Below, in pieces: positions 29,023-40,392 of a DNA stretch of 55,369 nucleotides; position 1 is the first letter of the stretch, and each line of letters opens with the position of its first letter. The notes beneath the pieces are model-generated. The model did no database searches, was not told the DNA's origin, and saw nothing but the letters and a program-made list of their open reading frames with translations. The stretch spans positions 1 through 55,369 of the forward strand of contig MRSU01007870.1 in the NCBI GenBank assembly GCA_008369845.1, in the 5' to 3' direction. The translations under genes and the position numbers were made by a program. The stretch comes from Trichomonas gallinae. Taxonomy: Eukaryota.

Positions 29023-30636
29023 TTATTTCTTCCTAGGTGATGTGACTTTTGGTGATTTGATGATGTTTTTCAGTGTCAATGTGCCAATCGAAAAAGCAGG
29101 TGCATTCTTAGTATTTGATTTCTTCAGCGGTCTTGAGCCAAGAACTTGTGTTTCCTGGAACGGTTTAATCTTAGAATTCTGACCAGCTGGGCCTTCCATC
29201 CTTTTGATTAACATCCTCCACCCGTATAACTCTTTGTCGCGCTTGAGCTCCATATTTGTTCTCTCTCGCTCACTCCACTGGGCGAAGCAGTCGAGCGCAT
29301 TCTCATGCCTTGCGATTATGATCTCGTATTGAGTTTTCATATCATCCATTGCTCGTCTCCTTTGTTCTTCGGTTTCGACCTTCTGTAGTTCGTCTGCCTG
29401 CTTTTTAGCTTCTTTGGCACGATCAAAAAGCTTCGCTGCTGCAAAGGTTTGTTCGATCGAGCGCATTGAAAGTAATCTTGCTGATGGCTTGTTGTATTGT
29501 GCTAAGAATTCATCACTCTGCCATTTCTGTTCGAATTCGTCGAGTTCTTGTTGATTTCTTTGCTTTAACGCTTCTAATAATTTTTCGTGGTTTTCTTTTT
29601 GCTGTTTCATATTTTCATCCCACTTCTGTGTAAGTTTCTCGACTGTTTCCTTCGCGTTGTTAAGACGATCCTGATTTTCTTGCTTTTCGCGTTGAATTGC
29701 TTCTTCGTAAGCGCTCCTGTCGCATATTGTATGTAGATATTCGATTGCTGATTCGTAAAGTGTTGCTTTATCGTAGTCTTGTGCATTGACGCATTCTTCA
29801 ACTCTGTGGTTTGCGTATTTCAAAGTTGGTTGCGTAGCTTCAAGCGGTGGAGCTTTGCATTTTGCTGCTTCTATTGCGTATTTATCGAGAGTTTTTTCGT
29901 CGAAATTTGGATCTGGAACGTAACGAGGTGCTGGAACATACTTTGGCTTAGGGCGAGGAGATCTAGCAGTATTTTGACCCTTCTTTGGTGGAGGAGTTGG
30001 AGAGCTAGGAGGCTCCTGATTTCCTTCATCTTCGAAATGTGGTGTTTCTTCGAATATTGAAAGCTTCGTGCCATCCTCAGCGCTGGTTTCGACCACAGGT
30101 ACATCGTTTTGTTCGGTATTTTCTTGATTTTGTTCATCCTGGTTCGTTACAAATTTCGACTCTTTGCCGTTATTTTCGTTTACTTCATTTTCTTGTGGAT
30201 CATTCTCTTCCAATTCTTGTCTTTCCTTGTTTGTCGTATCTGGTTCTTCTGTTTGTTCAGTATTTTCTGTTTCATTTTTATTTTCGAATTCCTCTTCAAC
30301 CAATCTATCAGCAGCCTGTATTATGTTATCGGGAAGAGCGAGATCTTCATGTTTCTCCTCTGTTTTTTCGGCTCCTGGCTCAGCTTGAGGATTTTCATCT
30401 GGTTTGATGCCAAAAGCATTAATTAATGATGTTGCAGCTCCTTTGATATCTTCTTTTGGTTGTTCTTCGGGTTTTTCTTCAGTTTTTTCGGCTTCGGGCT
30501 CAGGTTGAGGATTTTCTTCTGTTTTGATACCAATGGCATCGACAATCGCCTCTGTGGCCTCTTTAATTTCTTCCTTTGGTTGCTCCTCCGCTGGAACTTC
30601 AGCTGGAGCTTCACCGCTTGGTGTTTCTTCGCTCAT
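29023..30636 (-). CDS. Hypothetical protein: acidic disordered N-terminus, Pro-rich linker, coiled-coil C-terminus
   Basis: ~537-aa ORF; ATG 30636 (MSEETPS) follows a TCACA Inr (ORF opens at 30690); ~40-aa tandem duplication at the N-terminus; helical region with YNKPSARLLSMRSIE. Confidence 0.8.
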   Translation of the reverse strand: MSEETPSGEAPAEVPAEEQPKEEIKEATEAIVDAIGIKTEENPQPEPEAEKTEEKPEEQPKEDIKGAATSLINAFGIKPDENPQAEPGAEKTEEKHEDLALPDNIIQAADRLVEEEFENKNETENTEQTEEPDTTNKERQELEENDPQENEVNENNGKESKFVTNQDEQNQENTEQNDVPVVETSAEDGTKLSIFEETPHFEDEGNQEPPSSPTPPPKKGQNTARSPRPKPKYVPAPRYVPDPNFDEKTLDKYAIEAAKCKAPPLEATQPTLKYANHRVEECVNAQDYDKATLYESAIEYLHTICDRSAYEEAIQREKQENQDRLNNAKETVEKLTQKWDENMKQQKENHEKLLEALKQRNQQELDEFEQKWQSDEFLAQYNKPSARLLSMRSIEQTFAAAKLFDRAKEAKKQADELQKVETEEQRRRAMDDMKTQYEIIIARHENALDCFAQWSERERTNMELKRDKELYGWRMLIKRMEGPAGQNSKIKPFQETQVLGSRPLKKSNTKNAPAFSIGTLTLKNIIKSPKVTSPRKK

Positions 30637-31113
30637 TACTGTGAATGTCAAATTTTCGTTAGTAACCATTACATAGTTAAATTCAAACATTGCAATGGAA
30701 TCTTTAGACTTTAAAAATCATATTTTTCACTATTATCTCGCGAAAATACTCTTTTGTGAGTGAAAAATTAAATCGAAAATTACAAAAACATGATATTTTA
30801 TTAGCTCTTTCGATTATCTTTAAGGATCAACAGTTTTTGTTTTATAAAAAAGTTAATTTTCAATAATTAACAATATCAAAATTGTCTAATTTTATTATCA
30901 TTTTTTAAAAATTTCAAAATTGTTCCGTTTAAAAATTCGAAAAATCCCAAAACAAATAATAAATCAAAATCTATAATATACACTCTTTCATTATCAACAT
31001 TAAAAATCAATAAAATTTTTTTTTGATCGATAAAATATTAAAAAAACGTCGTTAAAGATAGATGTCCTTAAAATAAACTAAATAAACTACAATTTAATCA
31101 AACTAAAACAAAT

Positions 31114-32346
31114 CTATTTCGAGAATGGAAGATATGAATTGCTGACTTTGACCGATTTCTGTCTTACCATTTGACGTGGGGCTACGAGAGGCTTAGAGTG
31201 GTCAGAATTCTTAGCAGATGTTAAAGAATTTGCACTCCCGAAGGAAGGAGCTCTTGTTCTGAGGAAAGAAATCACTCTCTGTCCATCCAGCCTTATTCCT
31301 ACATCACGTATATCCCTTATATTGTCAGTAAACGAGGATTTGGATATCATTAAATAAATTGCACTTTCCTCGTCAAATTCTCGCGTCATTAAACGCGTTT
31401 CCATTCCATCAGGGTTGTATCCTAAGTTTTTCATCTTTTCCAGTGCATCTTCATCAAGAACGAAAGGACTTATCACTGAATATTCGCCAGGAGATGTTAA
31501 TGGTAAAGTTCTCTTAAGTCGACCATTCGCATAGTTGTAGCATTCCATCGAAAACCATGGATGTGCTTTTATTTCATCAAGAGTAATTCGATTTTCCGGT
31601 TCTTTGACGAGCATTTTCTTGAGAAGTGTAGATAAGTCTGCAGATAACGTTCTGGGGTAGAATGGTGTTGCATTAACAATTTTATCGAGAATTTTTGGAA
31701 TTTGTGGGTCTTCAAACGGTAGATGTCCAACAACGATAACATAAAGAAGGACACCAAGACTCCATATATCAGCGGCTGTTGTATGCGTCTGTCCTTTAAT
31801 CATTTCGGGTGGTAGATATCCTGGAGATCCGCAAGCAGTTTCGAGGTTTGTATGATCCAGCGAAAACGAGTTACTTAGACCGAAATCAATCAGTCTGATG
31901 TTCGAATGCCTGTCTAAAAGAACATTTTCTGCTTTTAAGTCTCTATGGATGATATTTTTTTCTTTGTGTAAATATTCAACAACAGAGATTAATTGGATAA
32001 AGTATTGTCGGGCCAATGGCTCCGCTAGTTTACCATCTGTATTAATATATTGAAGTAAGTTGTCTCCTTCTGCATATTCCATGACTAAATAGTGATTATT
32101 TTCATCTTCAAGAGATTCATATAACTGAGCGATAAGGGGATGTTCAATCTGCTTCATGAACGATAATTCTCTGTTAAAACGCGTCAAATGCTTAGGCTCT
32201 TTGAATTTTGCTTTATTAATCACTTTAATAGCAACACCGAGTCCAGATTTCACGTGGGTAGCACTCCAAACTTCTGCAAAAGATCCTTCTCCGATCTTTT
32301 TAACAAATTGGTATGATCCGATCGAGTTCGGAATCAAAACAGACAT
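31114..32346 (-). CDS. CAMK-group (CAMKL, SNF1/MARK-like) Ser/Thr kinase
   Basis: IGEGSFAEV, VAIK, HRDLKAENVLLD, IDFGLSN, TACGSPGYLPPE, DIWSLGV; possible UBA-like segment after the kinase domain. Confidence 0.9.
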   Translation of the reverse strand: MSVLIPNSIGSYQFVKKIGEGSFAEVWSATHVKSGLGVAIKVINKAKFKEPKHLTRFNRELSFMKQIEHPLIAQLYESLEDENNHYLVMEYAEGDNLLQYINTDGKLAEPLARQYFIQLISVVEYLHKEKNIIHRDLKAENVLLDRHSNIRLIDFGLSNSFSLDHTNLETACGSPGYLPPEMIKGQTHTTAADIWSLGVLLYVIVVGHLPFEDPQIPKILDKIVNATPFYPRTLSADLSTLLKKMLVKEPENRITLDEIKAHPWFSMECYNYANGRLKRTLPLTSPGEYSVISPFVLDEDALEKMKNLGYNPDGMETRLMTREFDEESAIYLMISKSSFTDNIRDIRDVGIRLDGQRVISFLRTRAPSFGSANSLTSAKNSDHSKPLVAPRQMVRQKSVKVSNSYLPFSK

Positions 32347-33138
32347 AAAAAATAAAAATGTAAATGAATTTTATCTCATTTTTCACATTAGTCATCACCT
32401 GTCTTAACGAAATATCACGGTACAATTGACCAAAAGTGAGAAAAATTTGGAGGCCTTAATTATTACATGTCAATGACGAATAAACTCTTCAAATCTTAAT
32501 TTACATGTCAATATTTTGATCAAACATTTTATCAAAAATCTTTATACATGTAAATAGATATTTTTAGTTGATTTTAATGTTTATGAACGTTAAAAGTTCA
32601 GAAAATTTGAATAATTTTCAAAAAAAATCCGATTACGTGACAAATTCTTAGTTTACGAGACAAAATAAATTATTTACACGACAAATTTTATTATCTCAAT
32701 CGGATAAACTACATTTTAACTCTAGGTATGTTATACAATTAAATTTAAAAGAATTTTCGAGCAAATATCTATATTTTAGGGATACACATCATTGATAAAT
32801 ATCAAATTTAATTAAATTAAAACCAAATTTTCATTGGCTTATCATTGATTTTGATACATTATACGTTTTATCATATATTTACCATCAGATTTCTATCTAC
32901 ATAGAGCTTGGTTTTATGTATATTACATTAAAAATTTGATCATTGATCTGAATATGTGTGTTTGTTTAATTTCTCTAAGCTAAATCTGAATTAATTTGTC
33001 AAACAAGTGTAATATTGATATGAATTGATGAATTGAGTGATTTTCAGAATTGAACGTTTTTTTTTTCGCAAAAACATGATTTACATAGTGTGTTTTTAAG
33101 GTTAAACAAAATCATCAAATTTTTGAAGTTCAAATTGT

Positions 33139-36100
33139 ATGAATGCTAATGAAGAAATATCATCTAAGTTGAAAATTATGAATAATTTCTTCGATACATT
33201 CAATGAAGCATTCTCCAACATGCAACAAACAGATGCACAAACAATTGATGAGCTATTTCACTATTTTTCGGATTTTTCGAATTTTCCGACCCAATCTGTA
33301 AAGAGAATAAGTCTTCTGCGCTTTGAAGAAGGAACAGTAGTGCTTATGAAATACATTATTAAGTTTTATTTAGATTTTCGCCTTAAATTCAAAAATTTGC
33401 TAAATGCATTCATGGATTTTATAAGAAAAAGGGACATTAGCGACATATATTCATTAGAAAACAATTTAATACTCTCATTGCAGAAAAATTACACAGTTGT
33501 TCCTTCTTGTTCCTCCGATGTTGAAAATATCGACAAAAGTTACCTTGAAAATGCAAAAATCGCTGTTATTGATATTCTTGAGCTTTATCTATCTCGTTTT
33601 ACAGTAAGAGATTATAGGATTTACTCAGCAGTTTCAAAGATTTTAATTACATTTGATCCTTTGATCGATACATTCCAAATTTTACGCTGTTTTGCTATGT
33701 TATGTCCTTCATCAGTTACAGATTCATGGATCATGATTTCATCTTTAATGTATTTCATCCAGCAACAAATCAATATCGATAATGGATCAATATTCAAGCT
33801 ATCAACATACAATGAACTGGATAACAACGCGGATAAACTCTGTGCAAGATGTTTTTTCAATGCAACATACAGATTGCAAGAATCAATCAAAATTAATTTC
33901 GGACAGAACATAATACAGCTATTAAAGGTATTTAGAAGCATTGCTAAAACAGCTCCTCTGTTTTTGAACAGTTATTTCGCGATGATCAAAGTTTTTGTTG
34001 AATCAGACTTGTCAAACAGCAATTTAGTCGAACCAATGATGTTTGAGAACTTTCAGTACTTCTGTAACGACATAAATTTCTTGATGGCTTGCAAATCTTT
34101 GATTTCTAGATCGAAATCTTTTTTGTCGAAGCTTTTAGAGTTCTACAGGCAAGAAAAGAGTCGATGCATTCGAGCAACAATAGAAAAAGCTTTGTTAAGG
34201 ATGGATGAAAAATACGAGAAATACATAGAAACTGAAGATCTTGAAACATGTCTGCAACTTTCTTTGATTTCTCCATTTTCTAGGTTTACTTCAATAGTTG
34301 ACAAAAATATAGATATAGCTATGACGATTCCAACAGTTAGTTACAAAAATTTGATTATTATTTGCCAAAAGAAGCACGAATACATAAATTTATTTGAGAA
34401 TCTATCAACAGAGGATATCCTTAAGTTCCACTTAGAGTTTTACCCCGATTTAGAAAAAACTGCAAAAGAAATTTTTAAATCGCAAATGGCCAAGTATGCA
34501 TTTACCACTTGCAACAAACAACTGGATTATTTAGTTGTCATCTTCTCACAGTATATAAGGCACTCGGAATTTATCTCCGAAATCATTATGCGAGTAAGCG
34601 ATCAAATTACTTCTCCAATTGACTACGAATATCCACAAAGCACACTTGCAGCACAAGCTTATTTGATACTTAAAGATGAGACATACGTTTCTTTGTACAT
34701 TTGCGGTGAATTCCAAGACTTATTCAAAGACACAAGATATATACATATTATCCATATTTTTCTTTCGAACAAAAAATATAGATTGATTTCTTTGGAGAGG
34801 ATAATCGAGCTGATTTCGACTGGAAATGATACTGTTGCAGCTGTTGCTTATTTCGCTCTCGCTAAATTCAAAGGAATCAGAGAGTTGTATCATCAGTATC
34901 CTGATGTGATATCTAAGGATTTATATCAACTTTACAAACGCGATACATCAAAGTTCAACGAAGTCTGCCAGGTAATTTGCGGGCACACTGATGCAACACA
35001 GCTGCTGTTTGGCTTATTGGCTGATTATATCTCAGGAAACAACATCTTGGAGATCAACAAGCTCGTTGACAAAGACTGCGAATTGGAAAACGAACTATGC
35101 GAAAAAGCAAAAGAACAAATAATCGCGAATATTCCAAAAATAATTCACATTATATTGGTAGGCGACAGTATGCCGAAATATATCAACACGTTCAAGTTCT
35201 TCGAGAAATATTTGCAAAAGCCAAAAGCTGTTTTAATCGATGAATCAATTTCACAAATTTCGTCTGACATTATCATGAGCTTGTACTCAGATGACCTCAA
35301 CGAACACGTAGTAGTGACGATGAGGAACTTTCTGGATGACATTTTCGGAATAGGAAGACCTTATTTATTGACGTTATTAGACAAAGCATTGATTCCTTTC
35401 CAGAACATTTTGCAGAGCGATTTTTGCAACATGAAAGTAACAGTTTTGAAAGCAATTTTCAACATTTTCAATTCGCATGCAGGCAAGTTCTCAATACATC
35501 CAACATTCTGGAATACAGCTAAGCAATTATTATATTCAACAATGAACGTTTTGGAAATCCCAGAATTAAGGATCCACTTTTTCAAGATTTGGGCGAATTT
35601 TATAGGAAACTGTGTAAGCTATAAATACGAATTTCCTCGGAACCAGAACATTGATGGAATTTTGCACATCGTTTATCCATTGATCATGGTTACTTTAACT
35701 TATGAATCGGACGACCAAAAGACAAACAACAAGATTCTCGACGACTTTTTAAATTTTCCTAATTTACGCGATGAAAGAATTTTCATATTTGACAATTTCA
35801 CGAATTCATCTGACTTCCGATTTGATGTTTCCAGTTTCATCTCTTTGGAATCACAAAGACTCGATGATGAAAAGATTTGCATTCTGTCAGAATTGCTATT
35901 AAACGCTCCTCCTATTTTAGCAAAGATCATTCTCAAGCAGATGCTTCAGACAGTGAGAACAAAGAACCTGGGAGAGATATCAAGGCGAATACTAGTTAAA
36001 AACGTCGTCCATTATCTGCAGAAAGATGTTCCGGAAGATATAATCATTCTCACAGGAAGATGTCTTTCTTTCATCACCGACATTGATAACTACTCTGATA

Positions 36101-39100
36101 TATCTAACATACCTTTAAACAAAGACAGCACTGCAGCGATACTCGAGCATATCATCAACAACTATTTGAGGCCATTGATGTATGACCAGAAAATCTGGCA
36201 CTACGAAATTGCTGCGCGCGCTATTTCAAAAGCTTATAAATTGCTAGGCAGGAAAGAAGAAAGCGAGTTCACTTACATGCCATCTTTGCCTCCTATTTCT
36301 GTATCCAACAAAATGACACCATTCAAGCTCATACAGAAGCTCCTCCATAAAGGCTGCCCATTCAAGCTCTTGAAGAGATCCTGTTCAATAAGTGTATCCC
36401 TCTGCAGATTTTTGTTCCCTTATCTTATCAAAAACGATCCAAAGATTTTGTCAGATCTAAAATCATTGATAACTGATTTGTTTTCAAATGTTACTTCACA
36501 GGATTATATCGAAATGACATATTTCATAATGTCAATGTACAGGCCAATGTGCGAGCTAGGAATTAACATAGGGAGCGGCTTCGGAGACATACAAATCAAA
36601 GTCGACAACAACCTGATTATTGCTGCAGCGATAAGATGCCAAAAGTACGAAATCGCGCTTAGATATATACACTTCAAGATAAATTTCAAAGATGATTCTC
36701 ACCTCAAAACTTGCGAGGAGATCTACACGGAATTAGATGACAACGACGGATTGAATTATATAAGAGAGAAAGTCCACAAGAATGTCACGCCAGAATCAGT
36801 CCTATTAGATGCGCATTCAGCAGAAAAAGAAAGATTAAACGCACTTAAACTTATGCTGGATTCAGGCAACTTTTCAAGAGCGTTGAGTGACTCATTTAAC
36901 TTATATAGAAGTGACATGCAGAACGTTGAGCTTTGCAATATCATGGCTGGCATTGCATTGAGAATGCAGAGCTGGGATATGATGAGCACGCTCTCGAGAC
37001 AGAAGTTCATTGATGGATTCGAGATAAGCTTAGTCAGAGCAATCAGTTACTTCCAGAAACAAGAAGAGTCTCTTTTCGTGTCAGAAATCCAACAAATTCG
37101 AAAAGCTTTGTCAAAATTGCTGCAGGATTATGCAACAAGATCACCTGACACAATAGCATTCATCACGTGGAGATTCAGAATCATAGAAGATCTCTACAAT
37201 TCATATATAAACAAATACAATGATGAGGCAACGAAAAAATGGATGTTCTTGCCATCCATTTGCACAGACATTGCGGAAATCGCGACAAGTGTCAGTTGTC
37301 TCACGGCTGATATCACTAAGAACTCGTACTTAGATAAATACGTTGTCGACAAAACAGATATGATGATCGAACTCGCGAAAATCTGCCGTAAAAACGACAT
37401 GTTCATGAAAGCAAACTTTTACTGCGAAAAAGGTTTTGTTTCATCACCACGCAACAATTACGAGATCTACTGTAAATGTGTCATCGAGCAATCCAAGCTA
37501 TATATCACATTAGGTGAATATAAGAATGCTTATACAACTCTTAACGAATTCAGACGGTTTTTGAATGAAGTCAACGATAATGAATTAGTTGTCCAGTTCC
37601 ACAGTTTGCATGGCCAGACAATGCATCTTTCACAAGTCACTGATCTCAACCAGATCCAGCTGCAATACAAGAAGGCATCAAAGAAGCATGCGAAAGGTGC
37701 ATCAATATACTACAGACTCGCCAGAATTTGCGACGATTTAGTCATGCTAAAATTAAATGAAATCGTCAACATCGAGCGAAACAAATCAAGACTGAACGAG
37801 AAATTCAACGAAGTTTCTTCAAATCCATCAATGGAGCTCTTGAACTTTAGAAATAATATTTGCATGGCACTCCAAAACTACTTCCTTGCAATGAAAAACA
37901 AAGAGTCCTTAGGAAAAGAAGTTTTACCGAGAGTCTTTTATTTATTCTTTGACATAGGCAACATGATCTTTAACAAACTCGACAAACAATACCCGCCATC
38001 AAACAAGAGCATATATCAACACATGTCATTGATTTTGTTTTCAATGTTCGACGTATTCTGGTGCTACATCAGTCAGATTTCTCCGTTTTTGCTTTCTTCA
38101 TCAATTGTTTCGATTATTTCCAGATTCAAGATTTCAAAACAATTCCAACCTGCTTGGCAGCAACTGATTAAAACATCAATACCTTATTACGTTCACCATG
38201 TGTTTTGGTTCTTGTCATATTTGATCAACCAGGAAAGAGAAAAACCAGATCCAGCGATACAAGACATTTTCAACATCCCAGTTGGCGCGGAATACTTGAG
38301 AGGAACTCTTGCACTGAAGAAACTCGCACAAGGAACAGCAATGATCAAAAATGTTGCTTCTGACAAATCTTTGTTATTACCTGAATTCCAGAATTGCCAG
38401 AAAACTATAACAGAGACAAAGCTCATGCTTCCAATTACTTACTGTTTCAACTCCAAATCAACAGATTTGCCTTTCGTCACTCAGTTATGCGACGAATTCG
38501 AAATCTTAGAATCTGCCATGCATCCTCTTAAGCTAAAATTCTTGTCAACTGACGGCAGGAAACTCAACTTCATTCTCAAGAGGGACAAAGACATGAGAAA
38601 GGATATGAGAGTCATTGATTTGTTCACTTTCATCAATTCTATCTTCATGCGCGACAACAAGTGCAAACAGAGGAATTTCTCGGTAACTACATATGCAGTT
38701 GTCTGCCTTTCCGAACAGGCTTCATTAATGGAATGGGTGCAAGATACTACAACATTCAGGGAGATATTCGATCCAGCTATGGTTCAAGACATCAACAATT
38801 ATTTCCACGAGTGGCGCAGCAGAGGAATTCAGACGAGGATAAATGCAATTAACGGCTTCAGAGAAAAATATCCACATCAAACACATTCCTATTATTGCAA
38901 GAAGTTCCCGAATCCAGCTCAATGGTTCAGGGCTCAACTCTCCTACATAAAGTCTACAGCAGCATACTCAATGATTGGAAGAGTTCTCGGACTCGGGGAC
39001 AGACATCTTGAGAACATTTTGATTAACTACAAAAACGGTGCTGTCGTACATATTGACTTTGACTCAATATTTGACGCTTGCAAGAAGAGAGAGACTGTGC

Positions 39101-39447
39101 CTGAGACTGTCAGCTACAGGCTAACACACTGCATAAGGGATGGATTTGGTGTCACTGACGTCGATGGAACATTTGCTCAATCATGTGTCATCGTTCAAGA
39201 AGCATTACAAGCTAAAAGGAGATCATTGCTTAACATCTTGCACAGCTTCGTTTATGACCCACTTATTGATATGACGTGGACGAATCCTGCACTGCTGCTC
39301 GATGAAATCGAGAGAAGAATTTCTCTTCAGTCAAATGACAGAAACTCTGTCATCAACACGAATTTCGCTATTTTGTTCATGAACAAAGATGCAATGAACC
39401 CCAACAACCTCGCTAGGATGTGGGTCGGGTGGCTGCCATATGTGTAA
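33139..39447 (+). CDS. ATR: ATR/Mec1-like PIKK kinase (helical solenoid, FAT, kinase, FATC)
   Basis: LKRDKDMRKDMRV, YIKSTAAYSMIGRVLGLGDRHLENIL, VVHIDFDSIF, VPETVSYRLT; terminal FATC NLARMWVGWLPYV most like ATR. Confidence 0.82.
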   Translation: MNANEEISSKLKIMNNFFDTFNEAFSNMQQTDAQTIDELFHYFSDFSNFPTQSVKRISLLRFEEGTVVLMKYIIKFYLDFRLKFKNLLNAFMDFIRKRDISDIYSLENNLILSLQKNYTVVPSCSSDVENIDKSYLENAKIAVIDILELYLSRFTVRDYRIYSAVSKILITFDPLIDTFQILRCFAMLCPSSVTDSWIMISSLMYFIQQQINIDNGSIFKLSTYNELDNNADKLCARCFFNATYRLQESIKINFGQNIIQLLKVFRSIAKTAPLFLNSYFAMIKVFVESDLSNSNLVEPMMFENFQYFCNDINFLMACKSLISRSKSFLSKLLEFYRQEKSRCIRATIEKALLRMDEKYEKYIETEDLETCLQLSLISPFSRFTSIVDKNIDIAMTIPTVSYKNLIIICQKKHEYINLFENLSTEDILKFHLEFYPDLEKTAKEIFKSQMAKYAFTTCNKQLDYLVVIFSQYIRHSEFISEIIMRVSDQITSPIDYEYPQSTLAAQAYLILKDETYVSLYICGEFQDLFKDTRYIHIIHIFLSNKKYRLISLERIIELISTGNDTVAAVAYFALAKFKGIRELYHQYPDVISKDLYQLYKRDTSKFNEVCQVICGHTDATQLLFGLLADYISGNNILEINKLVDKDCELENELCEKAKEQIIANIPKIIHIILVGDSMPKYINTFKFFEKYLQKPKAVLIDESISQISSDIIMSLYSDDLNEHVVVTMRNFLDDIFGIGRPYLLTLLDKALIPFQNILQSDFCNMKVTVLKAIFNIFNSHAGKFSIHPTFWNTAKQLLYSTMNVLEIPELRIHFFKIWANFIGNCVSYKYEFPRNQNIDGILHIVYPLIMVTLTYESDDQKTNNKILDDFLNFPNLRDERIFIFDNFTNSSDFRFDVSSFISLESQRLDDEKICILSELLLNAPPILAKIILKQMLQTVRTKNLGEISRRILVKNVVHYLQKDVPEDIIILTGRCLSFITDIDNYSDISNIPLNKDSTAAILEHIINNYLRPLMYDQKIWHYEIAARAISKAYKLLGRKEESEFTYMPSLPPISVSNKMTPFKLIQKLLHKGCPFKLLKRSCSISVSLCRFLFPYLIKNDPKILSDLKSLITDLFSNVTSQDYIEMTYFIMSMYRPMCELGINIGSGFGDIQIKVDNNLIIAAAIRCQKYEIALRYIHFKINFKDDSHLKTCEEIYTELDDNDGLNYIREKVHKNVTPESVLLDAHSAEKERLNALKLMLDSGNFSRALSDSFNLYRSDMQNVELCNIMAGIALRMQSWDMMSTLSRQKFIDGFEISLVRAISYFQKQEESLFVSEIQQIRKALSKLLQDYATRSPDTIAFITWRFRIIEDLYNSYINKYNDEATKKWMFLPSICTDIAEIATSVSCLTADITKNSYLDKYVVDKTDMMIELAKICRKNDMFMKANFYCEKGFVSSPRNNYEIYCKCVIEQSKLYITLGEYKNAYTTLNEFRRFLNEVNDNELVVQFHSLHGQTMHLSQVTDLNQIQLQYKKASKKHAKGASIYYRLARICDDLVMLKLNEIVNIERNKSRLNEKFNEVSSNPSMELLNFRNNICMALQNYFLAMKNKESLGKEVLPRVFYLFFDIGNMIFNKLDKQYPPSNKSIYQHMSLILFSMFDVFWCYISQISPFLLSSSIVSIISRFKISKQFQPAWQQLIKTSIPYYVHHVFWFLSYLINQEREKPDPAIQDIFNIPVGAEYLRGTLALKKLAQGTAMIKNVASDKSLLLPEFQNCQKTITETKLMLPITYCFNSKSTDLPFVTQLCDEFEILESAMHPLKLKFLSTDGRKLNFILKRDKDMRKDMRVIDLFTFINSIFMRDNKCKQRNFSVTTYAVVCLSEQASLMEWVQDTTTFREIFDPAMVQDINNYFHEWRSRGIQTRINAINGFREKYPHQTHSYYCKKFPNPAQWFRAQLSYIKSTAAYSMIGRVLGLGDRHLENILINYKNGAVVHIDFDSIFDACKKRETVPETVSYRLTHCIRDGFGVTDVDGTFAQSCVIVQEALQAKRRSLLNILHSFVYDPLIDMTWTNPALLLDEIERRISLQSNDRNSVINTNFAILFMNKDAMNPNNLARMWVGWLPYV

Positions 39448-40392
39448 AAACCTGTCGGAGATGCGTTACACAACTTTTTGTTCTTTTATTCATGATTTGT
39501 ATTCTATTAATATAGACATATATATTATTGTTATTAAAATGTATTGTTTTAATCCACTAATCCTTATTTTTATGGTGTCAGATCAAGTGAACACTATCAA
39601 ACGATCCGATATTTCTCCTGTTTAGGCTGCAGTTAATCCATATCCACCATAATTTTAGTCATGGCAGAGATAATATTATTGTACCATTTGGGAATATTAG
39701 TAGAACACTGTTCGTTTTATATATGTAAAGTCGAGCATTTTGTTTTTGCGCGAAGTTTGTAATATAATACAGGCAGAAATATAATCTTTTTCATCAAAAT
39801 GCGTTACCGGGGAATAAGCGTGCCATATTTGCCATGCATGCGTATTTTCAATACGATTGCCCGATGTATAGACTCGCCTGTGATATGTCATAAATTGGAT
39901 GAATCTGTTTTTTTGACATAGGCTTATTTCTTGCGCAAATATATCAGAATTAGGCACAGACGATTATAGTTACATTATAAATTGTTCGGAATTTTATTTC
40001 AAATTGCCCGGATATTTAAATTCCTTATTGCACAGCAGAACTGGAATCACCATATGATGAGTATGAAAACAAACAACTAAAAAAAGAAATCTACCATATT
40101 GGATCATGAGATTACGAAAATCGCTGCTGTCACATGAATAAATGAATTCTTGATGGTCTAAATCATAAGAATCCAACAGATAATTAATATCGACATTAAT
40201 ATCGAATAATCAATTTATTGAACTGTGAGAAAATACACACACATATAAATGATATATTGGATAAATGATATAATGATTAGGTTTAGAAGATGAATAAAGA
40301 TGATAAAAAACGAATGATTTGAATAATTAAAAACAATGACATGGTAAAATTTATAAATAAAATAAAAAACATACAAAAAACAATCTATATAA

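Noticed and set aside
27766..39447. Functional cluster of chromatin and DNA-damage genes (HP1-like, kinase, ATR)
   Set aside because: Mixed orientations and unrelated neighbours; no evidence beyond chance adjacency.
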